Shown here: in pieces, positions 16,706 to 26,593 of the stretch
Layout of the letters: every line of letters begins with the position of its first letter
Numbering within the stretch: the stretch's first letter is position 1
Source of the DNA: a virus
IMG/VR virus record: IMGVR_UViG_3300009183_000050
Location: 1 to 64,000 of that record
Reading direction: 5' to 3' (one strand)
Length of the DNA: 64,000 nt
Notes under the pieces: model-generated
Seen by the model: only the letters and a program-made list of their open reading frames with translations
Database searches by the model: none
Told to the model about the DNA's origin: nothing
Position numbers and translations under genes: made by a program

Positions 16706-17363
16706 TACATTCTGCATGTTCATGGCTCTCAAGAACCACTTTACAACCGAGAGTTATGACTTTGTGAAATATAAAGGTAAGGTGAGGTTTACACAAGAAA
16801 CCTTCCTGTCTAATAAAGATAAATTGCACTATCAAAGACTCTCTAGGATTTGTGACGAGAACGATATGCACGATTATCTTATCGCCACATTCATTGCAGA
16901 TAAGAGATGGATCGGTCACTTTCTAGATGAAGAGGCTAAAGACCGCTTCACCGAGTATCGTAAGCGCAAGCAATCACTAGGATATATGTTTGGTAATGAA
17001 CTTGATAAGTTGTTCTTTATACAAGCACCTGAACTGGCTTTCAAGCCTACCGACAACTATGCTCTGCCTATTCGAATGTATATGCAGGGTGATATGTCAC
17101 TTGAAACCTTTGCACTGCTAAGTAAGTATCTAGGCCTCACAGAATCCTATGATGCTAAGTATGGAAAAGATGATATTGTTTGGGGTAGGATGAGTATGCT
17201 TATCAGAAAATTCACATCGTTCTTAGTGTGTGATGATAAGAAGATGAAATCCATTTTGAAGGATAAGATCAATGAAAACATTTCCAGAAAAGAACAAGAG
17301 CCGAGCCAAACGGCGTATATCGGAAGCCAAGAAGTTCAAAAAGGCCATGAAGGTTGCCGATGA
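16686..17363 (+). CDS. gp59: helicase loader gp59
   Basis: MALKNHFTTESYDFVKYKGK, SLETF; synteny. Confidence 0.9.
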   Translation: MRLSAFDTFCMFMALKNHFTTESYDFVKYKGKVRFTQETFLSNKDKLHYQRLSRICDENDMHDYLIATFIADKRWIGHFLDEEAKDRFTEYRKRKQSLGYMFGNELDKLFFIQAPELAFKPTDNYALPIRMYMQGDMSLETFALLSKYLGLTESYDAKYGKDDIVWGRMSMLIRKFTSFLVCDDKKMKSILKDKINENISRKEQEPSQTAYIGSQEVQKGHEGCR

Positions 17364-17532
17364 TGTATTCCAATACACAAACAATGACGAATGGAAACTA
17401 GCATGGGTTCGTAGGCATGCCAACAACTTAAAAGCCTGCTCATGCTGGATGTGCTGTAACTCTAGAACCAATGGTGAGATTACGGTGCAAGAAAAGAAAT
17501 TTAAGGAAAGCCTTAAATGCGAAGCCGAATGA
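17272..17532 (+). CDS. small basic protein with CSCWMCCN motif
   Basis: Recurrent phage motif CSCxMCxN.R...T.QE. Confidence 0.7.
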   Translation: MKTFPEKNKSRAKRRISEAKKFKKAMKVADDVFQYTNNDEWKLAWVRRHANNLKACSCWMCCNSRTNGEITVQEKKFKESLKCEAE

Positions 17533-17533
17533 G

Positions 17534-17572
17534 GCTAAATAACTTGACAGAACGAGAAAGTTCTGTTACTAT
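17534..17572 (+). promoter_or_regulatory. tandem late (GCTAAATA) and sigma70 (TTGACA-N17-TACTAT) promoters of gp32
   Basis: Motifs at 17534-41, 17544-49 and 17567-72. Confidence 0.7.
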
Positions 17573-17607
17573 ACAACATATACACTGTAACATACGGAGA
17601 ACATACT

Positions 17608-18531
17608 ATGTCAAACTTTGCAACACTCAAGAAGTCCTCAAACTCCCTCGACCGTCTCACCAAAGAAATCGAAAAGCTGAACACACCTGCATCCTCAAAT
17701 GAGAGCAAGGGTGATGACCGCTTTTGGAAACTCGAACGTGATAAGTCAGGCAATGGTTCAGCGGTCATCCGCTTCCTGCCTACTCCTGCGGTAGATGGTG
17801 ATGATGGTCTGCCTTGGGTTCGTTATTTCGACCATGGATTCAAAGGCCCAACCGGTAAGTGGTATATCGAAAACTCTCTCACCTCTCTTGGTGATAAGAC
17901 AAAAGATCCACTCGGTGAGTTCAATTCATATCTCTGGAATCTTTCAGATGATGACAACTCGTGGTCTCGTAAGCAGGCCCGTGCCCAAAAGCGCCGCTTG
18001 CACTATGTTTCAAATATTATGGTCATCTCTGACCCTAAGCACCCCGAAAACGAAGGCAAAATCTTCCTCTATAAGTTCGGTAAGAAAATCTTTGATAAGA
18101 TCACTCTTGCAATGAACCCTGAGTTCGAAGGTGATAAGCCAGTCAATCCATTTGATTTATGGAAGGGTGCAAACTTCAAGCTTCGCATTCGGACTGTTGA
18201 TGGTTATCCAAACTATGATCAGTCATTGTTTGATGCTGTTAACCCATTGAATGATAATGATGATGAACTTGAGCGTGTTTGGAACAAAGAGTATTCTCTG
18301 AGGGAGTTTACTGATAGTGGTGCCTATAAGTCATATTCTCAACTCAAGGCTCGCCTTGATGAAATCTTGGCTGAAGATCGTGGCTATCAAGACTTCTGTG
18401 GTAATACTCGCCCTGCGGCACCTGTTGCGGCCCCAGTCGCTAAGGCGGTTGCAGCAAGTGAACCTTCATGGAATAATTCATCTACTGAAGATGATGACGA
18501 CCTTGAAGCCTTCCGTAAATTGGCGGTCTAA
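17608..18531 (+). CDS. gp32: single-stranded DNA-binding protein gp32
   Basis: DDRFWKLERDKSGNGSAVIRFLP, WYIENS, FGKKIFDKI, GANFKL; acidic tail. Confidence 0.97.
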   Translation: MSNFATLKKSSNSLDRLTKEIEKLNTPASSNESKGDDRFWKLERDKSGNGSAVIRFLPTPAVDGDDGLPWVRYFDHGFKGPTGKWYIENSLTSLGDKTKDPLGEFNSYLWNLSDDDNSWSRKQARAQKRRLHYVSNIMVISDPKHPENEGKIFLYKFGKKIFDKITLAMNPEFEGDKPVNPFDLWKGANFKLRIRTVDGYPNYDQSLFDAVNPLNDNDDELERVWNKEYSLREFTDSGAYKSYSQLKARLDEILAEDRGYQDFCGNTRPAAPVAAPVAKAVAASEPSWNNSSTEDDDDLEAFRKLAV

Positions 18532-18535
18532 GATT

Positions 18536-18562
18536 AAAGGGGACCTTCGGGTCCCTTTTTTT
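18536..18562. terminator. bidirectional intrinsic terminator between convergent genes
   Basis: AAAGGGGACC-TTCG-GGTCCCTTTTTTT. Confidence 0.9.
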
Positions 18563-20708
18563 ATGATACTGTTGCTGATGATGAGAAGTGATTGCCTGAT
18601 GCGGAATCACCAGAGATATCAAATCTAGCCCTTGACATAGCACGATGGAAGCTAGGGTCTTTGAACATGTTATCGGTCAGAGTTAAGGTTGTATCAAAAG
18701 AACTCATGCCGCTACTCTCTGGGATTGGCACTTGCGACTGTTTAAAGGTAGACTGCTGGTCTAGTGACAGTTCTTGGCCGCCATCATCTTCTTTTTTGGC
18801 ATTATTATTAGTGGCATTATTATCAACATTCTCTTTCTTGGCATTAGGATCAACTGAGACCTTGCCTGTATTTGGATCGTAGTTAGCAGATTCTTCTTTG
18901 GTATTCATGGTGAAGAGTGGTTTACTGTCTTTATCTACAACGACCGAGTTATCGTTCTTCATAGCACCAATTGGTAGTGCTTTAATCTCACCTTCATTGA
19001 CATTAGCCTCACCACCTTCAGCCATTGCGGGGATAGGTTCACCGGTTTGAGGTTCTGGTTGAGGCATGCCACGAGTATACAAATCTTGATATGCTCTCTT
19101 TGACATATGAACACCGTCTTGTGCATCGGCTGTCACAGATGAGTTGTCAACATATCTGAATCCATTGGTTCTAGCTGAATCACCTAATAGCTGATTAACA
19201 GTACCAACATTGCCTGACCATTGTTTACCATTCGATTGGTGCGGACCATGAATACTTACATTGAGACCGCGCTCTTCGGCAATCTGTTTGAGTTCCGCCA
19301 TTCTAGCTTCATAGGTTTTAGGATCTAGTCGATTGCTGGCCGCATCATTGGTACCAGCATAAAGTTGGACTGTAGAACCCTGTGGCACATTCTTTAATTG
19401 TTGAACCATTCTAGGGTCAGTAAACATTAGACCACCTTGAGCCACACTCGGTGTTTTATTTGATTGACCTACACCCACACCAATACTATCACCAGCGGTG
19501 TAAATGGTTTGACCTGTTGTTGCACGTTCTCTACTCTGAGGGTCAGTATTATTGTTTCTCTGAGTATATTCTTGTTTCTGACCCTCATTTCTTTGGATGG
19601 ATAGAGCCAGATTCTTCTCACGTTCTAGACCCATCTCACCTTTTCTCGCGGTGATTTGTTCCTGCGTAGGTTCAGCACCTGTTGGTATAATAGTGCCTTC
19701 CTGAACCGACATTTGTTTCAAATGGCCCATACGGTTTCTTACACCACCGGCCACATCTCTAGGTCTTTCGAAGTCACCTACAACCGTATTCATTCTTTGT
19801 TCGGTGGTGAGATTTTCATCGTTCAGGTCACGCCATGATTTACCGTAATGAGACTTCATTTCCCAAATAGCCGCTTTAGTCTGTTGAGCGACTGTCATCT
19901 CTTGTGGGTATTGACCAAACTGTTCTTTGATTCTTGCCGCACGAGTTTGATCCCACTGAGCAATACCATGAGCTTTCTGATTTGGATTACTACCAGAAGG
20001 ATCGGGGTGAACATCTTGAGGTACATGTAGACCTTCACCAGATAGGTTAGCAACTAGAATCTTAGCCGCACTATCAGATAGACCTTCTTGTCTGGCTGCC
20101 GCATAAGCCTCTTGCTGGTTCTGCTTTAACGTGCCACCTTTGGTGCCTGCTGTTCTATTCTTTAAATCTTCGGTAACTTCAGCTTCGGATATCTGTGTTC
20201 CTTTATATGATAACTTACCATCTTCACCTGTAATTTTTTCAATACCAGCCTTCTTCAAATCTTCAGGTGATAGCTTCTCTAAGAATTTCAATCGAGGATC
20301 GTCGGCGGAAACTTGACCATTTTTCAATTCTTCGTAAACTTTTTTCTGTTCATCGGAAAGATTTGCCAGTTTTTCTTTGGCGGCTACTGTTGAAGTTTTT
20401 TTACCTGTAGAAGGATCAAATTTAGATCCGGATTTATCCAACTGATCGACACTCATCTGTTGATTGGCTTCACGACGACTCAATGGTTTAAACTCATCAG
20501 ACATAACACTCTTCAGAGCCTTACCAACGTCAGGCAGTTTCTCTTGATAGTATCTTGGAAATAGACCAGGCAACTGAGAAGGATCTACATTCGCTAAGAT
20601 GTTTAGACCATCTTGTGATTGAGCTAGTCTCAGCCTCTCGGTAACGGACATTTTACCGAGCATAGTCTTATAATCTACAGATACCGTAGACAGTCTTTTA
20701 GTAGCCAT
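18561..20708 (-). CDS. tape-measure/hub-like protein with phage tail lysozyme and SGNH hydrolase domains
   Basis: NLSGE..AHGIAQW..FERP (lysozyme2); GDS..GTND..DGVH (SGNH); PAMAEGG; follows gp26/gp51. Confidence 0.7.
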   Translation of the reverse strand: MATKRLSTVSVDYKTMLGKMSVTERLRLAQSQDGLNILANVDPSQLPGLFPRYYQEKLPDVGKALKSVMSDEFKPLSRREANQQMSVDQLDKSGSKFDPSTGKKTSTVAAKEKLANLSDEQKKVYEELKNGQVSADDPRLKFLEKLSPEDLKKAGIEKITGEDGKLSYKGTQISEAEVTEDLKNRTAGTKGGTLKQNQQEAYAAARQEGLSDSAAKILVANLSGEGLHVPQDVHPDPSGSNPNQKAHGIAQWDQTRAARIKEQFGQYPQEMTVAQQTKAAIWEMKSHYGKSWRDLNDENLTTEQRMNTVVGDFERPRDVAGGVRNRMGHLKQMSVQEGTIIPTGAEPTQEQITARKGEMGLEREKNLALSIQRNEGQKQEYTQRNNNTDPQSRERATTGQTIYTAGDSIGVGVGQSNKTPSVAQGGLMFTDPRMVQQLKNVPQGSTVQLYAGTNDAASNRLDPKTYEARMAELKQIAEERGLNVSIHGPHQSNGKQWSGNVGTVNQLLGDSARTNGFRYVDNSSVTADAQDGVHMSKRAYQDLYTRGMPQPEPQTGEPIPAMAEGGEANVNEGEIKALPIGAMKNDNSVVVDKDSKPLFTMNTKEESANYDPNTGKVSVDPNAKKENVDNNATNNNAKKEDDGGQELSLDQQSTFKQSQVPIPESSGMSSFDTTLTLTDNMFKDPSFHRAMSRARFDISGDSASGNHFSSSATVS

Positions 20709-20908
20709 TAGTTTCTCTTATTCTGTTTGATTGAGGCTTGATCACGCATTTGTTGTTCTACCTGTGCTATATGTGCCTTCAGAAGGCTTATATAGATATA
20801 TCTTTCCCATGGTATCATGTTTTCCAAGTCTGAAAGACTATATTTGTGGTGGTGCATCAATGCGAAGTTGGTCTTATAATAAGATTCCAAATTCTCGTAA
20901 CCAAGCAT
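20708..20908 (-). CDS. gp51: baseplate hub assembly protein gp51-like
   Basis: YYKTNFALMHHHKYSLSDLENMIPWERYIY. Confidence 0.85.
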   Translation of the reverse strand: MLGYENLESYYKTNFALMHHHKYSLSDLENMIPWERYIYISLLKAHIAQVEQQMRDQASIKQNKRN

Positions 20909-21633
20909 TAGTAAAAAAAACTTTCGAAATCCGAGTATTCGATAGAGTGATTATAACCACACTTACCACATATCTTTTCTAGATTGACGGCAAAATATGG
21001 GAAGTTTGAAGTGAAACTCTCCAGCTTCTTATAGTTCTCTTCAGTTAGATTCTCGACGAACTCTCTCAAATCTTCTTTGGTGTAGTCTTTGGTTGAATAG
21101 ACCTTCTCACCCTTGACAATCTGATCGATACAGTTAACGATGACATTGATCTTACGCTCAAGCGGATTACCCTTTGCATCAATCACCTTTAAGATAGAAT
21201 AGCTAGGGTATTTCATCTTGACAGAGACCTTACCACCTAATTCAAACACCATTGGTGTATCTGGTTTAATGATCTCTGCATTGGAGATATCAATCTCCGC
21301 ATTAAATTCGTGATTACATGTAACACCTGTCTCAGGTACCACATGTTTACAGGCGAAACCAATCTCAACCGATTCTGATATAGACTTGGCCCTCAATGCA
21401 ATGAACAAGTAATCAATATCAAAGAACGGCAGCTTATCTATATCCACATCACCTTCAATTACACAGTTACTAATGATCTGCTTGGTTGTTCTGATGATCT
21501 CGTTAATGTCATTAGATTCTGCTGCCATTAACAGTAGTTTTTCTTCTTTAACCAGAAAAGGTCTAATCGTGATCTCTTTTCCGCTAGATGGTATTCTCAA
21601 CTCATAGGTAGGTACATCGACCGTAGGTAGCAT
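20908..21633 (-). CDS. gp26: baseplate hub subunit/chaperone gp26
   Basis: PTYELRIPSSGK.IRPFLVKEEKLLL, FDIDYLFIALRAKS, CxxC. Confidence 0.9.
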   Translation of the reverse strand: MLPTVDVPTYELRIPSSGKEITIRPFLVKEEKLLLMAAESNDINEIIRTTKQIISNCVIEGDVDIDKLPFFDIDYLFIALRAKSISESVEIGFACKHVVPETGVTCNHEFNAEIDISNAEIIKPDTPMVFELGGKVSVKMKYPSYSILKVIDAKGNPLERKINVIVNCIDQIVKGEKVYSTKDYTKEDLREFVENLTEENYKKLESFTSNFPYFAVNLEKICGKCGYNHSIEYSDFESFFY

Positions 21634-21662
21634 TATAAATCAACCTCTCATTAAAAAACGTA

Positions 21663-22304
21663 TTAAACGTATTTGTTATAGTATGTTACGATATCAGGTA
21701 CATTTATGGGACCGCCACTAGCCAACTTATTGGTCGAGTCATCCATGCGAGGCCTGACCCATTTGTTATATGTGAATGTGATACCGAGTCTAAGGAACTG
21801 GTCATCTGCCCATGTTAATTGCTGTGGGTTAACTAGCACTGGAAATGCATCCAGTAGTGAGAACTGATAGTTAACTTTATTATCATCACCATACTGAAAT
21901 ATCTGAATCTCACATGAGTATTGGTCACGATAGCTAAAGTCATATGTAGTGGTTGGATTGATGAGGTTCATCCAGTCATCAAAGAACTTACGCTCAGGTG
22001 ACTCAGCGCGACACAGAAAGGTCAGCGTCATATCTTCGTATGAGGTCTGAAAAGGCACCTTGAAATTGCTACCGTAGTAGCGGACATCCATTGTATTCAG
22101 ACCACGACCTGGATATTCAGCCGCCTCACACAGATATATAAGGTCTCTTATGATATCACCATATTGGGCTAAGTATGAACTGGATGGTATAATACGAACA
22201 GCAAATTTACATGACTTAGCCAAGCCACCAAATTTTTCAGAAACAGACTTGAAGTCAAGCATGTTGAAATCTTTATGCACATTTACAAAATTAAATATTG
22301 CCAT
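21663..22304 (-). CDS. tail tube initiator gp54/gp19-like protein
   Basis: LCEAAEYPG, YEDMTLTF, FFDDW, LLDAFP. Confidence 0.75.
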   Translation of the reverse strand: MAIFNFVNVHKDFNMLDFKSVSEKFGGLAKSCKFAVRIIPSSSYLAQYGDIIRDLIYLCEAAEYPGRGLNTMDVRYYGSNFKVPFQTSYEDMTLTFLCRAESPERKFFDDWMNLINPTTTYDFSYRDQYSCEIQIFQYGDDNKVNYQFSLLDAFPVLVNPQQLTWADDQFLRLGITFTYNKWVRPRMDDSTNKLASGGPINVPDIVTYYNKYV

Positions 22305-22316
22305 TTGTTTTAACCT

Positions 22317-22823
22317 TTATTTCCTATAAACAAATTGTGCTACAGGTAGATTGATAGCTTTTTCCCACTCTTCTGGTAGCACCTCAATAAACTTACTATA
22401 GCAATGGTCAAACAGATAACGCTTGATGCATGGTCGAGTGGTATTGGACAGTTTCTTGGTTGATTGAAGAAGGTCATAGGTCAGATTCAATACAGTGGAT
22501 CTGTCAAACATAGCATTATTTGAGAATTTTGACAGACGCCCTAACAACCATGATCTTTCACTCTCAGCTAGATAGTGTAGATTCAATCCTAAGAAACCAT
22601 TACCATATCTCTCAATAGGGAATACCAAAGGAAAGTTATCATATACTGGTAGCTTATCCTTATACTTCGGATCATATGCAAAGAAATACATCTTACCAAT
22701 AACGGTGTGATCACGACCACGAGTATCGTTATGGATAATGTTCTTTCTATAGCCAGCCGCAGAGCGAGCCTTGTCTATAAACCAGTCAGTAGATTCTTTT
22801 GTTTTTTGCGTTTTTGTAGCCAT
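22317..22823 (-). CDS. gp2: DNA end protector gp2
   Basis: MYFFAYDPKYKDKLPVYDNFPL, GLNLHYL, CIKRYL. Confidence 0.92.
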   Translation of the reverse strand: MATKTQKTKESTDWFIDKARSAAGYRKNIIHNDTRGRDHTVIGKMYFFAYDPKYKDKLPVYDNFPLVFPIERYGNGFLGLNLHYLAESERSWLLGRLSKFSNNAMFDRSTVLNLTYDLLQSTKKLSNTTRPCIKRYLFDHCYSKFIEVLPEEWEKAINLPVAQFVYRK

Positions 22824-22830
22824 AATCTAT

Positions 22831-23277
22831 TTATTTAATCCCTAGATGGTCTTCCGTGATAATTGCAAATTCCCAGCCTCTATTCTCACAAAAATCTCTA
22901 GCATACTGCCACTTAGCTTGGTTCACAGCCCATGTAGTGACCTCTGTGATATATCGCCTGGTTTTATTGGCCTGCACTTTAGGTTCTTTGGTCTGTGCCT
23001 TTGGTTTGACCTCAATGACGACAGTCTTGATACCACCATCTGGCTTACGCATCTTAGCCACAAAGTCAGGGAAGTATCTATGCTTCATACCATCAACTGG
23101 TGAGATATAAGGCACGATTAATTCTTCGCTAGACCACTCAAGGACGTTAGCGTTTTCATCTAAATATCTCATGACCCTAAGTTCCCATGTTGATCGCCAG
23201 ATGATATTCATCGGATCACCATTGTATTTGGCTGGATTCTTTGGGCTGAATCTTCCTTTGTATGCTTTGTGTGCCAT
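22831..23277 (-). CDS. gp4: head completion nuclease gp4
   Basis: KNPAKY.G....WRSTWE, WSSEE, RYFPDF, IEVKP. Confidence 0.93.
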   Translation of the reverse strand: MAHKAYKGRFSPKNPAKYNGDPMNIIWRSTWELRVMRYLDENANVLEWSSEELIVPYISPVDGMKHRYFPDFVAKMRKPDGGIKTVVIEVKPKAQTKEPKVQANKTRRYITEVTTWAVNQAKWQYARDFCENRGWEFAIITEDHLGIK

Positions 23278-23290
23278 ATAAATATGTATA
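23277..23290. promoter_or_regulatory. overlapping divergent late promoters (+ TATAAATA 23277-84; - TATACATA 23283-90)
   Basis: Located at the strand switch between gp4 and gp48. Confidence 0.7.
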
Positions 23291-23316
23291 ATACGAGAAA
23301 AGGATAAATCCCTTCA

Positions 23317-24411
23317 ATGCTTATTTTAGATGCTTTAGAAGAATATGCTCGATCTGGTCAGGTTCCATTGCCAACCGCTGAGATGGCTGGTAATAACGTA
23401 GCACCAAACCTTAGTTCACCAATCTTAGGTAGATCCAACCAGTATGATTTTGAGTACCGTGTATTCCCAAGCGATCTTGGTACTGATGCAAACAAACACT
23501 ATGTGGTGTTCAATATCAATGTACCAATTCATTCTACAGGACCTAATAAAGGTAAACCTAAAAATGGATCATATGATACGGCCGACTTCACATCTATAAA
23601 AACAACAGGTGATTTTTCTAAGGTCGATCAATTAAGAGGTGCTAGTTTTTTTTCTAACCTTGGTGCCGATGGCGCCAACGCCAATGTACCGAGATACACT
23701 ATGCGTATTGCAGAATCTATTGCAATGCACATGCCAACACCTTTAACATTCACATCAACCAATATATATGAAGATATTTCATTGACACAATTTGCTGCCG
23801 GCACTGGTAAATTTGCAGCTAGTCTGGTTGGTAAAGCGATGATTGAAGGTGGCAACGCAAGAAAAGTGTTTGATCGGTTTGGTAATGTTATTTCTGCTAG
23901 TGGTGACCTTCTTGGTTCCGCATTGAAATTGGGTGGTAATCCAATCAATCCTCGTATCGAAGTTCTATTTGCTAATACATTACAGAGACAGTTTGCATTC
24001 GAATTTCTAATGGCTCCTCGCACAGAAGAAGAGTCATATGTGATGGACAGAATCATCCGCACATTCAAATTTCACTCGGCACCGGCTATTAATCAGGCGA
24101 ATCTAGGAGATGTTGATTTTTTAGACTCGGCACCCGGTAGTTTCGAGGGTCTTATTGCTGAGTTCGGCAAGTATCTCATTCCTTTCTATGTACCTCCAGC
24201 AGAATTTGATATTACATTCTTCAATAATGGTGTAGAAAACGATAGAATACCGCGCATCAATACATGCGTCTTAGAAAGAATTGAAGTGGATTATGCACCG
24301 CAGGGTATGTATGCGACCTTCAGTAATGGTTATCCAGTAGCCTGCCGTCTATCCATGTCATTCAGAGAAACCGAAGTTGTTCATAAACAGCGCGTTGCAC
24401 AGGGCTTCTAA
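23317..24411 (+). CDS. gp48: baseplate tail-tube cap gp48
   Basis: INPRIEVLF...RQFAFEF.MAPRTEEE..IIRTFKFHSAP; LSMSFRETE. Confidence 0.88.
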   Translation: MLILDALEEYARSGQVPLPTAEMAGNNVAPNLSSPILGRSNQYDFEYRVFPSDLGTDANKHYVVFNINVPIHSTGPNKGKPKNGSYDTADFTSIKTTGDFSKVDQLRGASFFSNLGADGANANVPRYTMRIAESIAMHMPTPLTFTSTNIYEDISLTQFAAGTGKFAASLVGKAMIEGGNARKVFDRFGNVISASGDLLGSALKLGGNPINPRIEVLFANTLQRQFAFEFLMAPRTEEESYVMDRIIRTFKFHSAPAINQANLGDVDFLDSAPGSFEGLIAEFGKYLIPFYVPPAEFDITFFNNGVENDRIPRINTCVLERIEVDYAPQGMYATFSNGYPVACRLSMSFRETEVVHKQRVAQGF

Positions 24412-25349
24412 TGTCTAATTTTTTTGATAAGTTCCCAAAAATACCATATAACATCTCAGGTGATAAGCTTGGTAATTATCAGGCTGTCACCAATATTATG
24501 TTCCGTTTTGGATTTCTTCGAGATGTTATTAATAATGTGTCTGCATATGAAAGCTATGAGATTCAAGAAGGTGATACACCCGAAATCTTGGCTCACAAGT
24601 ATTATGGAGGATCTGAAGCCTACTGGCTCATTCTCTATGCTAATGACATATATGACCCACAATATGACTGGCCACTAGACCGCAGAAGCTTTGTTAATTA
24701 CATCGAAAGTAAATATGGTTCAACAGCCAATGCACATGCTCAGATACATCATTATGAAAAGGTTGTTGGTCGTCAGGTAGAAAACACACAAGAGTTCTTC
24801 TTTGATAAGTATGAGATTGATTATACACCTGTGACTATTACAATCATTGATGTGGCCACATATACTGGTGCATTAGATCCTAATGATATTGTATATCAGA
24901 GTGCAGATCGAACCTATGCAAATTCATCTTTCACCGGCAAGATTGTAAACTTCTCAGGCTCGAACAATATCATGTTCTTAGCCAATACAGTTGGTAATTA
25001 CTTAGTTGCATTGCCTACATATAACTATACAAAGGCTGGTTCACCGGCGGCTAATGTTTCATCTCTAGGGTTCACATCTAACGAAGTATTATACCCAGAC
25101 CCCGATGTTCCTCACGATTTCTATGTCAATCTACCAGCCACACCAACCTCTACTGATTATACGCTAGATGGTAAGACAATCACCGAAGTCATTGGTCGCC
25201 GTGCTATAAGTTGCTATGACTATGAGAATGAAAGAAATGAGGCTAAGCGTAGTATTAAACTTATTCATAAACAGTATCTAGGTCCAATTATGTCCGAATT
25301 TGGTAAACTTACTAATTCTATTCCAGGTTATTTAAGAAGGTTGAAGTAA
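24411..25349 (+). CDS. gp53: baseplate wedge gp53
   Basis: FFDKFPKI.Y, EGDTPEILAHKYYG..YWLIL..N..DWP, YENERNEAKRSIKL. Confidence 0.92.
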   Translation: MSNFFDKFPKIPYNISGDKLGNYQAVTNIMFRFGFLRDVINNVSAYESYEIQEGDTPEILAHKYYGGSEAYWLILYANDIYDPQYDWPLDRRSFVNYIESKYGSTANAHAQIHHYEKVVGRQVENTQEFFFDKYEIDYTPVTITIIDVATYTGALDPNDIVYQSADRTYANSSFTGKIVNFSGSNNIMFLANTVGNYLVALPTYNYTKAGSPAANVSSLGFTSNEVLYPDPDVPHDFYVNLPATPTSTDYTLDGKTITEVIGRRAISCYDYENERNEAKRSIKLIHKQYLGPIMSEFGKLTNSIPGYLRRLK

Positions 25350-26582
25350 TTGGCAGGCTTAACTGAACCCACCAACTGGAATGAGGTAATGGCTCATTGT
25401 GGCATCGAGATTACCGGTGCCACTGAAGCAGAAATGGAAGACCTCAGCGTTGTCGAAGTCATGCTGGGTGAGAGTCTATTAACTCCAGGGTTACAGACCT
25501 CGGTGAGAGTGCAAAGCTACACACAGAATTTGCGTGTTAAGAACTATGATAACTTTAAGAAGTCTGATTTATCGATATCGATAAAGAGGCCTATTCTAGA
25601 GCGTTACAATTTCATAGATACTATTGATGTTATACAGACTGTTTATCGTGTTGATAAACGTAGGTTGATCAGTAATACTACAGAAGAATTTACTATTCGT
25701 GCATGTGACCCTTCGTTGCTTAATGATGCTGAAACACTGGTGTCCAAGTCATGGAAATGCACCACACCATCAGAGATTGTTCAACATGTATTGGGATCAT
25801 GCGTAGGGGCCACTAACCCTGATATTGAATTTTCAGATCCGGCCAGAGATTATATCGCAGAGAATATCCATCCGTTTCAGGTTATTCAACAGCAGGCTAA
25901 TTATGCTCTAGCAGATGGTTATGATCCATCATTCTTGCATTATATGACATATGAAAACTACGGTACGCATCACTTCAGGTCATTATCAAGCCTTTGCTCA
26001 GGTAACCCTATCGCTACATTTATCTATAACGAAACTGGTTCAACCTATCAGAATCCGCACTCAGCACTCACATATAATTTCCCATGCGATTTTGATATCT
26101 TAGCTGATATCCTTAACGGTGTCGATGCATCTGGCCGTAATATCAGCACCGTAGCACTGTTTGACCCTAATCTCAAAGCGTTCAGTTTGATGGGTGACAC
26201 CACATTTGGATGCGGTAATGGTGCTGGCGTATTCAGATATGCTATTACCAATCAAAACTCAGCAATGAGTATGGATGCCTGCCCCGATTATGCAAAAGAA
26301 TACCTGCTAAAGAGGCAGGCTAGAATGGGCCTACTAGAGAAAGATCGCATCGCACTACGCTTGGTTGTACCATTCAATGCATCACTCCATGCTGGCAAGA
26401 TCATCCGTTTCGAGATATATAATAAAGACCAGTTACTACAAGGAAATGGTGGTGATGAGACATATAATTATGGTTCAGGCGATTATCTAATATTAAATAT
26501 GTTTCATCATTATACGGCTGGTGGTTATGCAACAACTGTAATGGATTGTGTATCGACCAATATTGGATTTACTGGGTTATAA
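25350..26582 (+). CDS. probable baseplate hub protein (gp27-like)
   Basis: Synteny between gp53 and gp5; SGDYLI..H motif. Confidence 0.55.
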   Translation: MAGLTEPTNWNEVMAHCGIEITGATEAEMEDLSVVEVMLGESLLTPGLQTSVRVQSYTQNLRVKNYDNFKKSDLSISIKRPILERYNFIDTIDVIQTVYRVDKRRLISNTTEEFTIRACDPSLLNDAETLVSKSWKCTTPSEIVQHVLGSCVGATNPDIEFSDPARDYIAENIHPFQVIQQQANYALADGYDPSFLHYMTYENYGTHHFRSLSSLCSGNPIATFIYNETGSTYQNPHSALTYNFPCDFDILADILNGVDASGRNISTVALFDPNLKAFSLMGDTTFGCGNGAGVFRYAITNQNSAMSMDACPDYAKEYLLKRQARMGLLEKDRIALRLVVPFNASLHAGKIIRFEIYNKDQLLQGNGGDETYNYGSGDYLILNMFHHYTAGGYATTVMDCVSTNIGFTGL

Positions 26583-26593
26583 GGGAGTAGAAT

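Noticed and set aside
17517-17702. 61-aa plus-strand ORF before gp32
   Set aside because: Overlaps the gp32 promoters, leader and start; no SD; likely spurious
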